A DNA stretch of 64,000 bases. It comes from Promethearchaeota archaeon (GTDB taxonomy: Archaea; Asgardarchaeota; Heimdallarchaeia; Hodarchaeales; Hodarchaeaceae). Each line of letters starts with the position of its first letter. The first letter of the stretch is position 1. The notes below the pieces were generated by a model. That model was not told the origin of the DNA. It did not search any database and saw only the letters and a program-made list of their open reading frames with translations. Location: positions 96,001-160,000 of the forward strand of contig JBHLMN010000003.1 in the NCBI GenBank assembly GCA_048938105.1, read 5' to 3'. Both the position numbers and the translations under genes were made by a program. Positions 9,526 through 19,574 of the stretch are shown here, in pieces.

Positions 9526-10773
9526 TTAGTTTCTCAAAAAAAGGAGAAAAAAGAATCCACATAAGGAAAAGAAGCACGCGAAGTAAAAAATCAATGAATA
9601 CTGGCCTGGAGCTATCGCCAATAATATTCCATCAATAGAAGGCCCTAAAGCACCTACAAGATTAGCAACAAGCATTACCCAACCAAAAGCTCTTCCCTGT
9701 TGTGTTGAGTTTTTAGCTACAAGACTATTCGTCGAAGGCCAAAATAAGGCGTTCATTATTCCTAATAGGATATAAAGGAAGAGGAGAACCAGATTATCAA
9801 AAATTACAAACATAGATGCCAGAATTAATACTTGAAAAACTGCGGTAAACAAAAGAACAACCTTTTCTCCATATTTATCCCCAAAAAGTCCACCTACAAC
9901 TTGTCCTGTTGATCCAAGAAGAGCTGATAGACCAATATATAAAGCAGCAACTGAAATTTCTATATCTTTTACTTCTGACAGGAATGGTGAAAGAATGAAA
10001 TTGATCATTCCTCGTGTTAATGACATTACAGTTATAAAACTAAAAATAAGCAACAGCACGGAAAATTGCCCCTTATTCAAGAGGATTCTCTCAGTGGTTA
10101 ATTTATCTTGAGAAATTGGTGTTAAAGATTCACTTTGAGATTCATGCCTTCCTACGAAGAACCAGAAGACTATTGCTAATATAAATAGTGGAAAAGACCA
10201 AAGTAAATAGATTGAACGCCACGATATTGAATCAATAAGGAAGTAGACTGATATTGGTCCTATTGAAGATCCTATACTACCGCCAATTCCATGCATTGCT
10301 AATATTTGAACATATTTAGGAGAATAGGAACGAGTATTTGGATCTTCAAAAGCAGTCGAAATCCAAGAAAGGCCAGCAGGATGATAGAGAGCGAGACCAA
10401 ATCCCAGAAAAATTACACCAAATAACATTACAATAAATGACTCTCCCCATGAACCAATAAAAAAAGCCCCTAAAGCAGCAAAAATCAAACTAATTAACAT
10501 CAACGTTCCTCTCCGATATTTATCTGCTAATCTCCCAAAAATAGGGGCGGGAAGGCCTGCTGCTAATGTTCCAATTGTTCCTAGTGACCCTAATCCAATC
10601 CAACTTAGTTCTCCCAAATTAGGAAACAGATCTTCTCCTATAAGAAGTAAAATTACAGGAAAAATAAAAAAAGGTATTTCTATACTACAATGAATAAGAA
10701 TAGCAGAGACTAAGCTGATATTGGGAGTTATCTTTTCAGTTGTTTTTTCCATCAAATCAGTGCATCGACCCAC
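9526..10773 (-). CDS. MFS transporter
   Basis: About 12 TM; motif A GRLADKYRR and GLFGDKYGEK; LYHPAG. Confidence 0.9.
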   Translation of the reverse strand: MGRCTDLMEKTTEKITPNISLVSAILIHCSIEIPFFIFPVILLLIGEDLFPNLGELSWIGLGSLGTIGTLAAGLPAPIFGRLADKYRRGTLMLISLIFAALGAFFIGSWGESFIVMLFGVIFLGFGLALYHPAGLSWISTAFEDPNTRSYSPKYVQILAMHGIGGSIGSSIGPISVYFLIDSISWRSIYLLWSFPLFILAIVFWFFVGRHESQSESLTPISQDKLTTERILLNKGQFSVLLLIFSFITVMSLTRGMINFILSPFLSEVKDIEISVAALYIGLSALLGSTGQVVGGLFGDKYGEKVVLLFTAVFQVLILASMFVIFDNLVLLFLYILLGIMNALFWPSTNSLVAKNSTQQGRAFGWVMLVANLVGALGPSIDGILLAIAPGQYSLIFYFACFFSLCGFFFLLFLRN

Positions 10774-10822
10774 ATGTGCAGCAAGAATTCAGAATTTATG
10801 AGGCGAGAAATTGTGTCATTTA

Positions 10823-11785
10823 TTAATCTTCAAGTTTTATAGAAGCAGCTCCACTTTGTCTTTCATAACTGACCATTGCTACCCCTATTGCACAAAAAAT
10901 GCCTCCTATGAGGGCAAAAAACGATTGTTCTCCCAAAAAAATCCAAGCAAAAAGCAATGAAAATAATGGTATTAAAAACTGGATATTTCCAGCCTGTGTT
11001 GGCCCAAACTTTTGAACTAGCTGCAAATAAAGAGTGAATGCAACTGCTGCAGCGCCTACACCAATTACTACTAGTCCCCAAATACTCTCTAATGTATAGC
11101 TTTCAAATGAAGGAAGATATTCTGTTGATAAGGAAAGTATTAGCAAGATCATTGAAGCAATAAAAAGATTAAGAGCTGTAACCTCCTCTGAGTGACTTTC
11201 TTGAAAAAACCACCTTAATGATAGCGAATAACCAGCCCAAGCGACACCTGATAGAAAACCTAAAAGGTACCCAAGGATAAAATCCATCATAGGAATACTC
11301 TCTGTCTCTAAAGACGTTAAAAAGATAAAGCCAATGCCTATAGATGATATGACAAATCCTAAAGTTTTTTTACTGGAATATTTTTCATCTACGAATAGTA
11401 ATGGGGCAAAAACATAAATTAGGACAGGATTAAAATTTAGAAGAACGGAAGAACTACCTCCAAGAATGAACAAAACCGAAAAGTTTTGGCCAATAATCAT
11501 TAAGACTAGCCAAGATGAGCAAAATAAAATGGATTTAAAATGCTTTTTTAAGAGATGTTTCAAGTTCTCAAGCTTTTTTTGAAATCCTATAATCATTAAT
11601 AAAGCAATAAATCCGAAAATATAACGGAGAAAGCCAAAATACAATCCTGGGAAAAAACTTTTCGTACCAACCCAAAGTTTTGATACTAAGGGCGGAGTTG
11701 ACCAAAGTATTACAATAATAATTGCCTTTACGAAGAAATCTGGGTCAAATTTCTTTTCTGAGGAATGCATTAGCTTAAAACTCAT
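10823..11785 (-). CDS. DMT/EamA family transporter
   Basis: About 10 TM, two EamA repeats (ILWS..., FLRY, GVAWAGY, LFAWIFLGE). Confidence 0.9.
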   Translation of the reverse strand: MSFKLMHSSEKKFDPDFFVKAIIIVILWSTPPLVSKLWVGTKSFFPGLYFGFLRYIFGFIALLMIIGFQKKLENLKHLLKKHFKSILFCSSWLVLMIIGQNFSVLFILGGSSSVLLNFNPVLIYVFAPLLFVDEKYSSKKTLGFVISSIGIGFIFLTSLETESIPMMDFILGYLLGFLSGVAWAGYSLSLRWFFQESHSEEVTALNLFIASMILLILSLSTEYLPSFESYTLESIWGLVVIGVGAAAVAFTLYLQLVQKFGPTQAGNIQFLIPLFSLLFAWIFLGEQSFFALIGGIFCAIGVAMVSYERQSGAASIKLED

Positions 11786-12234
11786 CAGCGAAAGAAAGAA
11801 TATAGAATTAGATCTTTGCTTAAGAATTCCTTTCGTAAATAGCCTTCAGGAAGAAATTCAAAATGGGCAATGATTTTACGCATTGGCACATTCCAGGGTC
11901 GTATATATATTTTCACCTTGAACCAGTCATTTTTTCGGGCCAAATCCAGACAAGCTTCAATTAATCTTGTACCAATGCCATTTCCTCTGTAGCTAGGATC
12001 CACAGCTAACATATGAATCTGTGCAGGTTGTTCTTTTGTCTCTGCTTGAATTAATGCAAAAGCAATGAGCTTATTATTTTCCTCTTCCACGAGAAGCACG
12101 ACTTCTTCTTTTTCAATTCTCGAAGTTAGGAGTGACGGGGAAGGTAATTGCATTCCTTCTTCAATTTCATCTTTAAAGCAGATAGTCATTAATTCAATGA
12201 CCTTGGAGATGTCTTCTTGTTTAGAAGTTCGCAT
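11785..12234 (-). CDS. GNAT family N-acetyltransferase
   Basis: LAVDPSYRGNGIGTRL acetyl-CoA binding motif A. Confidence 0.9.
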   Translation of the reverse strand: MRTSKQEDISKVIELMTICFKDEIEEGMQLPSPSLLTSRIEKEEVVLLVEEENNKLIAFALIQAETKEQPAQIHMLAVDPSYRGNGIGTRLIEACLDLARKNDWFKVKIYIRPWNVPMRKIIAHFEFLPEGYLRKEFLSKDLILYSFFR

Positions 12235-12448
12235 TGCAATTCTTATTTTACTTTCTAATAATGATTTTAAAAATTTTGAGTCTCTCTGGATCCTTAAATT
12301 CGTAAGAATTTCTAAAAAAAACTAATAACCTTCTCTTATTTTTTCCACTATAGAAATAGTTTAAATAATGATAGTACCTAATTTATTGAAAACTTGAGGA
12401 GAGCTCAAAGCCTAGTTAAAACGTGACTATGTTATTGGAAGACTAATT

Positions 12449-14032
12449 ATGCAATGTCCAAAATGTGGCACCGTAAATTCTGAAAGTGCCCAGTTTTGTA
12501 TGGAATGTGGAACAGCATTTCCTAAACATAAATCAATGGACTTTTTCCACCCTAGTCCTTCTAGACATTGTCCAAAATGTGGAGTATCAAATCCAAAAGA
12601 TGGAAACTTCTGTTTTGAATGTGGAACTTCTCTAGAAAGAGTTCCCCAACTTCAATCCCGTCAATGTCCAACCTGCGGAATTACATTAGATCCTTCTCGC
12701 CTTTTTTGTCCAAATTGTGGTCAATCTTTAATTGAAAAACCTCTAGATGCAAAGATAGACCAAGAACCTGTTCCATCTATAGAAAAACATATTGAATGTC
12801 CCGCTTGTGGGCAACTCACCACTGGAGATTATTGCAGGAACTGTGGATACAATTTAACAATACGAATGCATAAAAGACCCATTGATTGGTGGTACTGTGA
12901 TCGTGATTCAGCAGTAATGACAGAAATTAACCCAAATTTACAAATTCCTGTATCTCGTACATCTCTTGATGCCTCTCTAGCTAAAGCGATAGAACAAAAC
13001 ATCCTCCAGCACCATGATCGTGAAAAAGCTCGCTCATTAGCCTTACAACTATTTGAAAGTGGGGGGAAAACTAATTTTGAAGTTTTATCTCAAGTACGCT
13101 GTCCTGTTTGTGGCCATCAATCACTAGCACCAACAACGCAACGACCTCGAAAAGTAGGTATAAGTTACCCCCGAGAAATAGCTTTAAATGTTAGTTCCAT
13201 TTTGCAAAATGGGATACTTTACTTCCGAGCTTACCCTCAACTCATGTTGATTATTTTATGTGCAATTATAACTGATGGGGGATTAATTCTCTTAGGATTA
13301 AGTGCTGCATCTTACTATGATGTAAATTCTATGTTATTCAATTTGGCCTTACCTAGTGTGGCTATGGGAGGAGCTATTTCTTCTCTCACCACTCTAATCG
13401 TGATCTTTTTAGTATCTTATGTAGCTAATACTTTCTTTCAATGTTGGTATTATACGAGTCTTAAAGAAATTATACATGATAAAGAATCTCCCTTCAATAT
13501 TGCCAACAGCTTCAAAAACAGCTTCACCTTTCTACCTCGAGCTGTGGCAGCTCAATTCGTGATCATGGGAATAATCTTATCTCTAGTAATTGGAATGTTT
13601 CTTGTTATTGTTGTATTGGGTGTAGGTTTGTCTTTAAGTAATTCTACTTCCTCATTCTTCATGTTCTTGATATTTGTTCTCGTTGCAATAATTGCCATAT
13701 TTGGTCTTACTGTTCTCTTTATGGTTTTTTTTAGCTATGTTAATATGTCGATTGTTTTTGATTATAATAGTGGGGTTATACTTAGCCTTAAACGCTCTTG
13801 GAGGTTTACTCGACGATATTTCTGGACAACAGTAGGAATTCTCATTATTTTTTATATTGGCTCATCTGTACTAGTAAGTTTTTTAGGTACTTTTTTCTCA
13901 CCTTTCTATGTTCTCCTGGGTTCTAGCCTCATATCTACATTAGTTTATACCATTTTCACTCGTTTAGTGGAAGCTTATAGATCTATAAGCTTGGGGTGGG
14001 CATATGATGGATTCAAACACACTATTGATTAA
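12449..14032 (+). CDS. Multiple double-zinc-ribbon protein with a C-terminal polytopic membrane domain
   Basis: Four CPxCG...CxxCG units plus a further CPVCG; about 6 TM with SLKRSWRFTR motif. Confidence 0.8.
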   Translation: MQCPKCGTVNSESAQFCMECGTAFPKHKSMDFFHPSPSRHCPKCGVSNPKDGNFCFECGTSLERVPQLQSRQCPTCGITLDPSRLFCPNCGQSLIEKPLDAKIDQEPVPSIEKHIECPACGQLTTGDYCRNCGYNLTIRMHKRPIDWWYCDRDSAVMTEINPNLQIPVSRTSLDASLAKAIEQNILQHHDREKARSLALQLFESGGKTNFEVLSQVRCPVCGHQSLAPTTQRPRKVGISYPREIALNVSSILQNGILYFRAYPQLMLIILCAIITDGGLILLGLSAASYYDVNSMLFNLALPSVAMGGAISSLTTLIVIFLVSYVANTFFQCWYYTSLKEIIHDKESPFNIANSFKNSFTFLPRAVAAQFVIMGIILSLVIGMFLVIVVLGVGLSLSNSTSSFFMFLIFVLVAIIAIFGLTVLFMVFFSYVNMSIVFDYNSGVILSLKRSWRFTRRYFWTTVGILIIFYIGSSVLVSFLGTFFSPFYVLLGSSLISTLVYTIFTRLVEAYRSISLGWAYDGFKHTID

Positions 14033-14211
14033 CACAATCAATTGGAGAGATTATTATTTTTCCTGACAAATCAACAACCAACAATCAAACAATTCATTCT
14101 TCAAACTGGTCACCTCTCCTCCTTCGTACAATTAGCCTAACAGCTTTATCAAGTCTCATATCTCTTCTAATACTCTCATGGGTTACTCAGTGGGATCCGT
14201 TTCTTTGGACT

Positions 14212-15810
14212 TTGACTCAGTACTTAAGCCCTTTACTATTCTTAGGCATTTGGATTCCTTTTGCGGGTTCATTTCTCAATCTAGATCTAGAAGTCCAGTC
14301 ACTCAAGAGAACAGGTCCTTCAATCCTATTTGCAAGTGTGTTGGTGGTTTTAGGTGCTTTATTACTGAACCAACGTTTACTTTTTGTGATTCTTAACGCG
14401 ATTTCTAGTCTATTTGTGCTAGAGACAACCCTTACAAGCCAATTCGTTGTTAATGAGCTTATTGTAGGAATAATTCTCCCAGCAAACGAGGAAATTATGA
14501 AGATTCTCCCCATTATTGTGGTAGCTCGCGCCTCAATTATTTTTTTTAATCCAGAAAAGAGTGATCCCAGTTCAGAATATAAAACCCATCATTCTATAAT
14601 GACCCTCCGACAGTTTGGATTCTATGGTATTGTAAGTGGGACAATTTTCACATTTTTGGAACTATTTCTTTACCAATGGCAATTAGTTGACTCCACTGAA
14701 GCAACTGAAGAGATATTTGTCCAGATATTGTTTCGTACTCTCGCTCCTGTTCACATTCTCACAACTTTCCTTATTACTCTTGGGATAGGTCTCTTTTTAA
14801 TTCGAGTAGCAGAAAATACAAGTTATAGGACATCCATTCTCACGAGTACTGGGTACTTTATTGCAGGTTGGGCACTTCACTCCTTATGGAATACAATCAA
14901 CATATTTTATGGAGTTTTTCGTCAGGATGCTGAATCTGAGCTTTATATGATTTTGACAATTTTCGGAATATTTATTTTCATCATGTTATTTACTGGAATA
15001 ATCAGAATTTTCAAACCACTACCAAGAATATGTTCTCATTGTGGTTTAGAAGAAAAAGGTTATCATTTACATGATAAACATATAATTAAAACCTCTACAT
15101 ATCATAAAATCCTTCTTCCGCTATTTTCTTATATGAGTATAAACAAATTAAAAAAGAGTATTTCTTGCCCATTTTGCGCTAATCCACTTATATTGGGTAC
15201 TTGTTCGTCCTGTGGAGCCAGCACTTTTGTCACCTGTCCCCAATGTAACGGATTCATTTCAGAAACTACCTCGGTCTGTCCACATTGTAATAAGAAAATA
15301 AATCCAGTAATAGAGCTGCAAACCAAGGCTTTTTCATGGCCAGAAACCTTTATTTTAGGAATTTCGTCACTAGCTAGTTTAGCCTTCTTAATTGCACCAA
15401 TAAGTATTCTTGTTTTTGGCCAAATGGGTGAGTTGGGCTCATTAGTTAATCCAATTCTGCTATTTTACTTTCTAATAAGTCTTACTACTCTAATAAATGT
15501 TATAACCACGTTATTCTTTAATAGAACCGCTGGAATGTTAGTTCTATTCTGTTATTTTCTTTCATTGGCATTACTAATATTTATAATCGTAGGTGGATTT
15601 GTGATAATAAGTTTCATGAAAGGTCTCATTACTCAAGATACTCTAGGCTTGGGTCTTATATGTTTAGGAGCAGCTATCCTATTCTTCATCATATATCGCT
15701 TTATACACATTTTTATTTTTAACTACTCTCCAGTATTTCCTGAATACGAAATTGCCAATATTGGGGGATCTAATAACTCATCAAAGGAGGTTAATGACAA
15801 CGCGAGCTAA
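14212..15810 (+). CDS. PrsW-family (CPBP clan) intramembrane glutamic protease fused to zinc ribbons; true start probably about 14050 (ATT)
   Basis: EEIMK, FTFLE, PVH and LHSLWN motifs; CPFC/CSSC/CPQC/CPHC; additional C-terminal TM helices. Confidence 0.8.
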   Translation: MTQYLSPLLFLGIWIPFAGSFLNLDLEVQSLKRTGPSILFASVLVVLGALLLNQRLLFVILNAISSLFVLETTLTSQFVVNELIVGIILPANEEIMKILPIIVVARASIIFFNPEKSDPSSEYKTHHSIMTLRQFGFYGIVSGTIFTFLELFLYQWQLVDSTEATEEIFVQILFRTLAPVHILTTFLITLGIGLFLIRVAENTSYRTSILTSTGYFIAGWALHSLWNTINIFYGVFRQDAESELYMILTIFGIFIFIMLFTGIIRIFKPLPRICSHCGLEEKGYHLHDKHIIKTSTYHKILLPLFSYMSINKLKKSISCPFCANPLILGTCSSCGASTFVTCPQCNGFISETTSVCPHCNKKINPVIELQTKAFSWPETFILGISSLASLAFLIAPISILVFGQMGELGSLVNPILLFYFLISLTTLINVITTLFFNRTAGMLVLFCYFLSLALLIFIIVGGFVIISFMKGLITQDTLGLGLICLGAAILFFIIYRFIHIFIFNYSPVFPEYEIANIGGSNNSSKEVNDNAS

Positions 15811-16627
15811 TACTTTGCTTCCATTCAGACGATTAACTAAACCTAGATCAGTAGATCCAGCAGGAAATATAAAAGTAGGTTTTTTTCTTTTATTCATAGG
15901 ATTTAGCAGTCACATTCTCTTCTTTGAGGTTCTTGTTTTATTATTAAAATTGGAAACAACCTATATGCTAAGTTTTATACTTTTTGAAGTAACAGGGCTA
16001 CCTGAAATAGATATATTAACCCCATTAATTATAATTTCACTTTCTCCTTTTTTACTAATATCTACAAATCCATTTTTATTTTTAATTAGTATAATTCCCT
16101 GGGTTTTTTCGGGATTTCTTACTGGACTTTTATTTGGCCCACAACACGGTCGAGCAATCGTATTTGCCCCACCTGTCTTTATGGGGAGTATAATAACGTT
16201 ATGGTTTTTTCTTCTTTTTTCCATAGCAGGTTTAGGAGAATTAACCCCCTCTGTTGGGATATTACTCCTCAGTACCGTTATATTAATACTATCTGTGTTC
16301 TTAGTCTATGTAATTTTCCTGTTATCAATGGTAATAGCCATTCCAGCCTTAATAGGCTATACTTTTGGCAAAAACAAAACCTTATTTGCGATCTCCCCTA
16401 GGATTTTCATTGCTCAACCCGATCGTGAAGACCCTAGTAATACTCGTTGTCGGTTTTTAACCCCCCAAAACCATTGCAATGTAGCAGCTAGGGTTGGTGT
16501 GTTTTTCCCAAATATTTGTGATAATAAGTGGAATCAAGTCACATGTTCATATTATTTAAGACAAATCGCAGTTGAAAAAATGAACCAAAAATATCAACAA
16601 GGGGATTATATTGATGAAATTAAATAA
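15794..16627 (+). CDS. Membrane protein with a C-terminal Cys cluster
   Basis: ATG at 15794 behind AAGGAGG; several TM segments, then CRFL..HC..IC..TC. Confidence 0.7.
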   Translation: MTTRANTLLPFRRLTKPRSVDPAGNIKVGFFLLFIGFSSHILFFEVLVLLLKLETTYMLSFILFEVTGLPEIDILTPLIIISLSPFLLISTNPFLFLISIIPWVFSGFLTGLLFGPQHGRAIVFAPPVFMGSIITLWFFLLFSIAGLGELTPSVGILLLSTVILILSVFLVYVIFLLSMVIAIPALIGYTFGKNKTLFAISPRIFIAQPDREDPSNTRCRFLTPQNHCNVAARVGVFFPNICDNKWNQVTCSYYLRQIAVEKMNQKYQQGDYIDEIK

Positions 16628-17357
16628 AATTGCTCTGTTGGTACTCCTGTTAATCCTTCTTGGAAGTATTTTCTTAATTATTAGCAATGGGAGTAATAAT
16701 ATTCCTTATCAATCACAAAAGGAATACAGTGATGTTCCTTTAACAGATGACCCTACAACACAGCCGTTTCTCTTTCCTTTTGATTTTCAGTTTCCTTCGA
16801 TTGATATTCCAATTATTGGTGGAGTTTTTGGACTTGGAGGAACTGGTCTATGGATTATTTTCTTTACATTCTTAGTGATGCTTCTTCTACTTGTTACATC
16901 ATTAATCGTTTCCCAATTAAGGAAGACAAAAAGAGAAAAAGAAGAAGGGGCCAAGGATCTTCTTGAAACAGAGGATAGAGAACTTGAAATCCGACGTCAG
17001 ACTCTTGGAAAACGAATCGAAGAGATAATTTATTTTCTCGAAACATGTTTGGACGGCCATTATAGTCAAGGAATCACAGAGGGGTTCGAACGACTTGATT
17101 CTGCTTTAAAAGAGTATTCAAAGATATCTCGTCCAGGGTGGTTGACACCCCGAGAATTTACTCTTCTAAAGATTCCCTATTTCAATCATGATGCAATGAT
17201 AGCTGCTGTTGAGCAGTTTTACCGTATTACTTATGGCGAGAGAACAGCTAAGCGAAAAGAACTTGAAGAATTTATTCTATATTTCCAACAAATGATTGCT
17301 GATAAAGCAGTACTTAAATGGAAAGCTGATTCACCACCAATTCTAAAGGATGGTTAA
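16611..17357 (+). CDS. DUF4129-like membrane-anchored protein of the MoxR operon
   Basis: 2 TM, then LTPREF ... FYRITYG typical of DUF4129; context. Confidence 0.7.
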   Translation: MMKLNKIALLVLLLILLGSIFLIISNGSNNIPYQSQKEYSDVPLTDDPTTQPFLFPFDFQFPSIDIPIIGGVFGLGGTGLWIIFFTFLVMLLLLVTSLIVSQLRKTKREKEEGAKDLLETEDRELEIRRQTLGKRIEEIIYFLETCLDGHYSQGITEGFERLDSALKEYSKISRPGWLTPREFTLLKIPYFNHDAMIAAVEQFYRITYGERTAKRKELEEFILYFQQMIADKAVLKWKADSPPILKDG

Positions 17358-17360
17358 TTA

Positions 17361-18590
17361 ATGAGAATACGATCTGAATACTTATTTGGCATTATTTTCC
17401 TTATTTTTGTAATTCTAATTGTACCTCCACTTCAAGCTGCACCATATACTATTGAAAATACTAATTGGGACGGTCTTTCTATATTTAAAACACTAATCAA
17501 GGAAAATAGTACTGCCACTGTGAGTGAATCGACAACTCCCCTTAGACTTCTCGGAAAAATCAATGCTGATTTAATTATCATCGTTGGAGGAAATTTACCT
17601 TATTTTACAGAAGAAAGTAATTTTCTACGGCAATTTGTGGAAAATGGAGGAGATGTAATCCTCTTCGAAGATCAAGGATATGCCCGTATTTTAACCTCTG
17701 CTTTCGGGATTTCGCTAGGAGGAACAGTAATTGACCAAGATTCTCATGATCGAAATCCTTTTTTACCTACAGTCAATCAATATAGTATTGGTATACCACA
17801 ATCTGACTCTTCATTCTATAATATAGTACTCAATAAAGCCGTCAGAGTTCAAAAAAGTGCACTTCACATAATTAAAAACACAACATATTATCCTCTCTTT
17901 AGAACACGAATTGGTAGTACTTGGGAAGATAGAAATAATGATGGTAAATTCTATCGAAAAGGCGAGGCAGTAAATGACACATGTAATCTTGGAGGAATAC
18001 TCAGTTTCGACAAAAATGGAGGACATTTTATTGTTATTGGAGATTCTGCATTTCCTACAAATGATTTGATAAATATAAAGGATAATTATTCATGGCTTTC
18101 AGAGCTAATATCTTACTTACTAGCTAATGGGGAAAGAAAAGTACTTTTTGATGAAAGTCGGAAACTTTGGATTCCTCCTACTGGAAAAGCTGCTATAGGA
18201 ATGGTAGGGGTATTATTAATGGGAACATTCCATTCACCATTGATTGCAATCATTTCGCTGATTGTACTTGGAGGGATTATTGCAATGAAAAAGAACGACC
18301 AAATAAATAAAATAAGTAAAAATATTCAAAAATCTCTCCGACCACACAAAGACATAAAACCTATTGCTGCATTTTTACAATCGGAAGAGGAAGAGGAATT
18401 AGCGCGTTTAACAAAAAGAGGAACATACTCAAATCTTCATCGTGTCTTGTTAGCTGATGAGGTACGGCAAGTCATTCACAATATGCCTCCTTCAGTAAGG
18501 ATTGAATATGAGAATTATCTGAGACAACGGTACATTGATATAAATATGTCAGAAAAGTTGATTAAGCAACTAGAAAAATATCGGAAATAA
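17361..18590 (+). CDS. DUF4350-like exported/membrane protein
   Basis: Signal-like N-terminus, NTNWDGLS, LRQFVENGG, VIGDSAFPTND, VLFDES; upstream of MoxR. Confidence 0.75.
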   Translation: MRIRSEYLFGIIFLIFVILIVPPLQAAPYTIENTNWDGLSIFKTLIKENSTATVSESTTPLRLLGKINADLIIIVGGNLPYFTEESNFLRQFVENGGDVILFEDQGYARILTSAFGISLGGTVIDQDSHDRNPFLPTVNQYSIGIPQSDSSFYNIVLNKAVRVQKSALHIIKNTTYYPLFRTRIGSTWEDRNNDGKFYRKGEAVNDTCNLGGILSFDKNGGHFIVIGDSAFPTNDLINIKDNYSWLSELISYLLANGERKVLFDESRKLWIPPTGKAAIGMVGVLLMGTFHSPLIAIISLIVLGGIIAMKKNDQINKISKNIQKSLRPHKDIKPIAAFLQSEEEEELARLTKRGTYSNLHRVLLADEVRQVIHNMPPSVRIEYENYLRQRYIDINMSEKLIKQLEKYRK

Positions 18591-18600
18591 GAACATTAAA

Positions 18601-19557
18601 ATGGAGAAAATAATAGTGGATCCAAATGAAATCAAAGGAATAGTCGATAATATAATCGAAGAAATCCATCAAAGGGTCGTCGGTCTTGACTATGCTGTTA
18701 AAAATATTTTAGCATGTTTTTTTGCTAATGGTCATGTATTACTTGAAGGTGTTCCAGGAATTGCGAAATCCATGATGGCTTATTCGCTTGCTGAAATTTT
18801 AGGGTTGGATTTTAAGCGTATTCAGTTTACTCCTGATCTCATGCCAGGGGATATTACAGGAGTCTCTGTTTTCAATATGAAAACCCAAGAATTCTCTTTT
18901 ATCAAGGGACCTGTGTTTTCTAACATTATTTTATGTGATGAAATCAGCCGCGCACCTCCAAAAACACAATCAGCCATGTTGGAGGCAATGCAAGAACGTC
19001 AAGTCAGTCATGAGGGAATCACATATAGGTTACCTGAACCCTTTCTTGTGATCGCAACTCAAAATCCTATTGAACAGGCTGGAGTGTATCCGCTACCTGA
19101 AGCACAATTGGATCGGTTTCTCATACGTCAAATAATTGCTTATCCAAACAAGGCTGCTGAATTGGAAATGTTGCAACTAAAGCAAAAAGAGGATATGCTT
19201 CCTGAAAGAACACTTTCTAGTCCAGAAGAATTTCTTAAAATTCAGCAGTTTGTGAGGCAAGAAGTATTAGTGTCAGAAAAAATCATGGAATATGTAGTAG
19301 ATCTCATCCGAACGACCAGGGAACATTATGGATTAACTTTGGGGGGATCTCCCCGAGCTTCAATATCCTTAATGACTGTAGCCCAAGCTCGTGCTGCTCT
19401 TTCTGGCCGTGATTATGTCGAACCAGATGATGTTAAACAATTATTTTTCTCAGTAGTAAACCACCGTTTAATCCTGTCGCCTGAAACGGAAATGGATAAA
19501 GTTCCAGTAATTCAGATAGTTGATAATATTATAAAATCAACTGAAGTTATCCTTTGA
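18601..19557 (+). CDS. moxR: MoxR-family AAA+ ATPase
   Basis: GHVLLEGVPGIAKS, RIQFTPDLMPGD, DEISRAPPKTQSAMLEAMQE, ATQNPIE, LPEAQLDRF, GGSPRA. Confidence 0.95.
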   Translation: MEKIIVDPNEIKGIVDNIIEEIHQRVVGLDYAVKNILACFFANGHVLLEGVPGIAKSMMAYSLAEILGLDFKRIQFTPDLMPGDITGVSVFNMKTQEFSFIKGPVFSNIILCDEISRAPPKTQSAMLEAMQERQVSHEGITYRLPEPFLVIATQNPIEQAGVYPLPEAQLDRFLIRQIIAYPNKAAELEMLQLKQKEDMLPERTLSSPEEFLKIQQFVRQEVLVSEKIMEYVVDLIRTTREHYGLTLGGSPRASISLMTVAQARAALSGRDYVEPDDVKQLFFSVVNHRLILSPETEMDKVPVIQIVDNIIKSTEVIL

Positions 19558-19574
19558 TCAAATGAGGTTACAGC

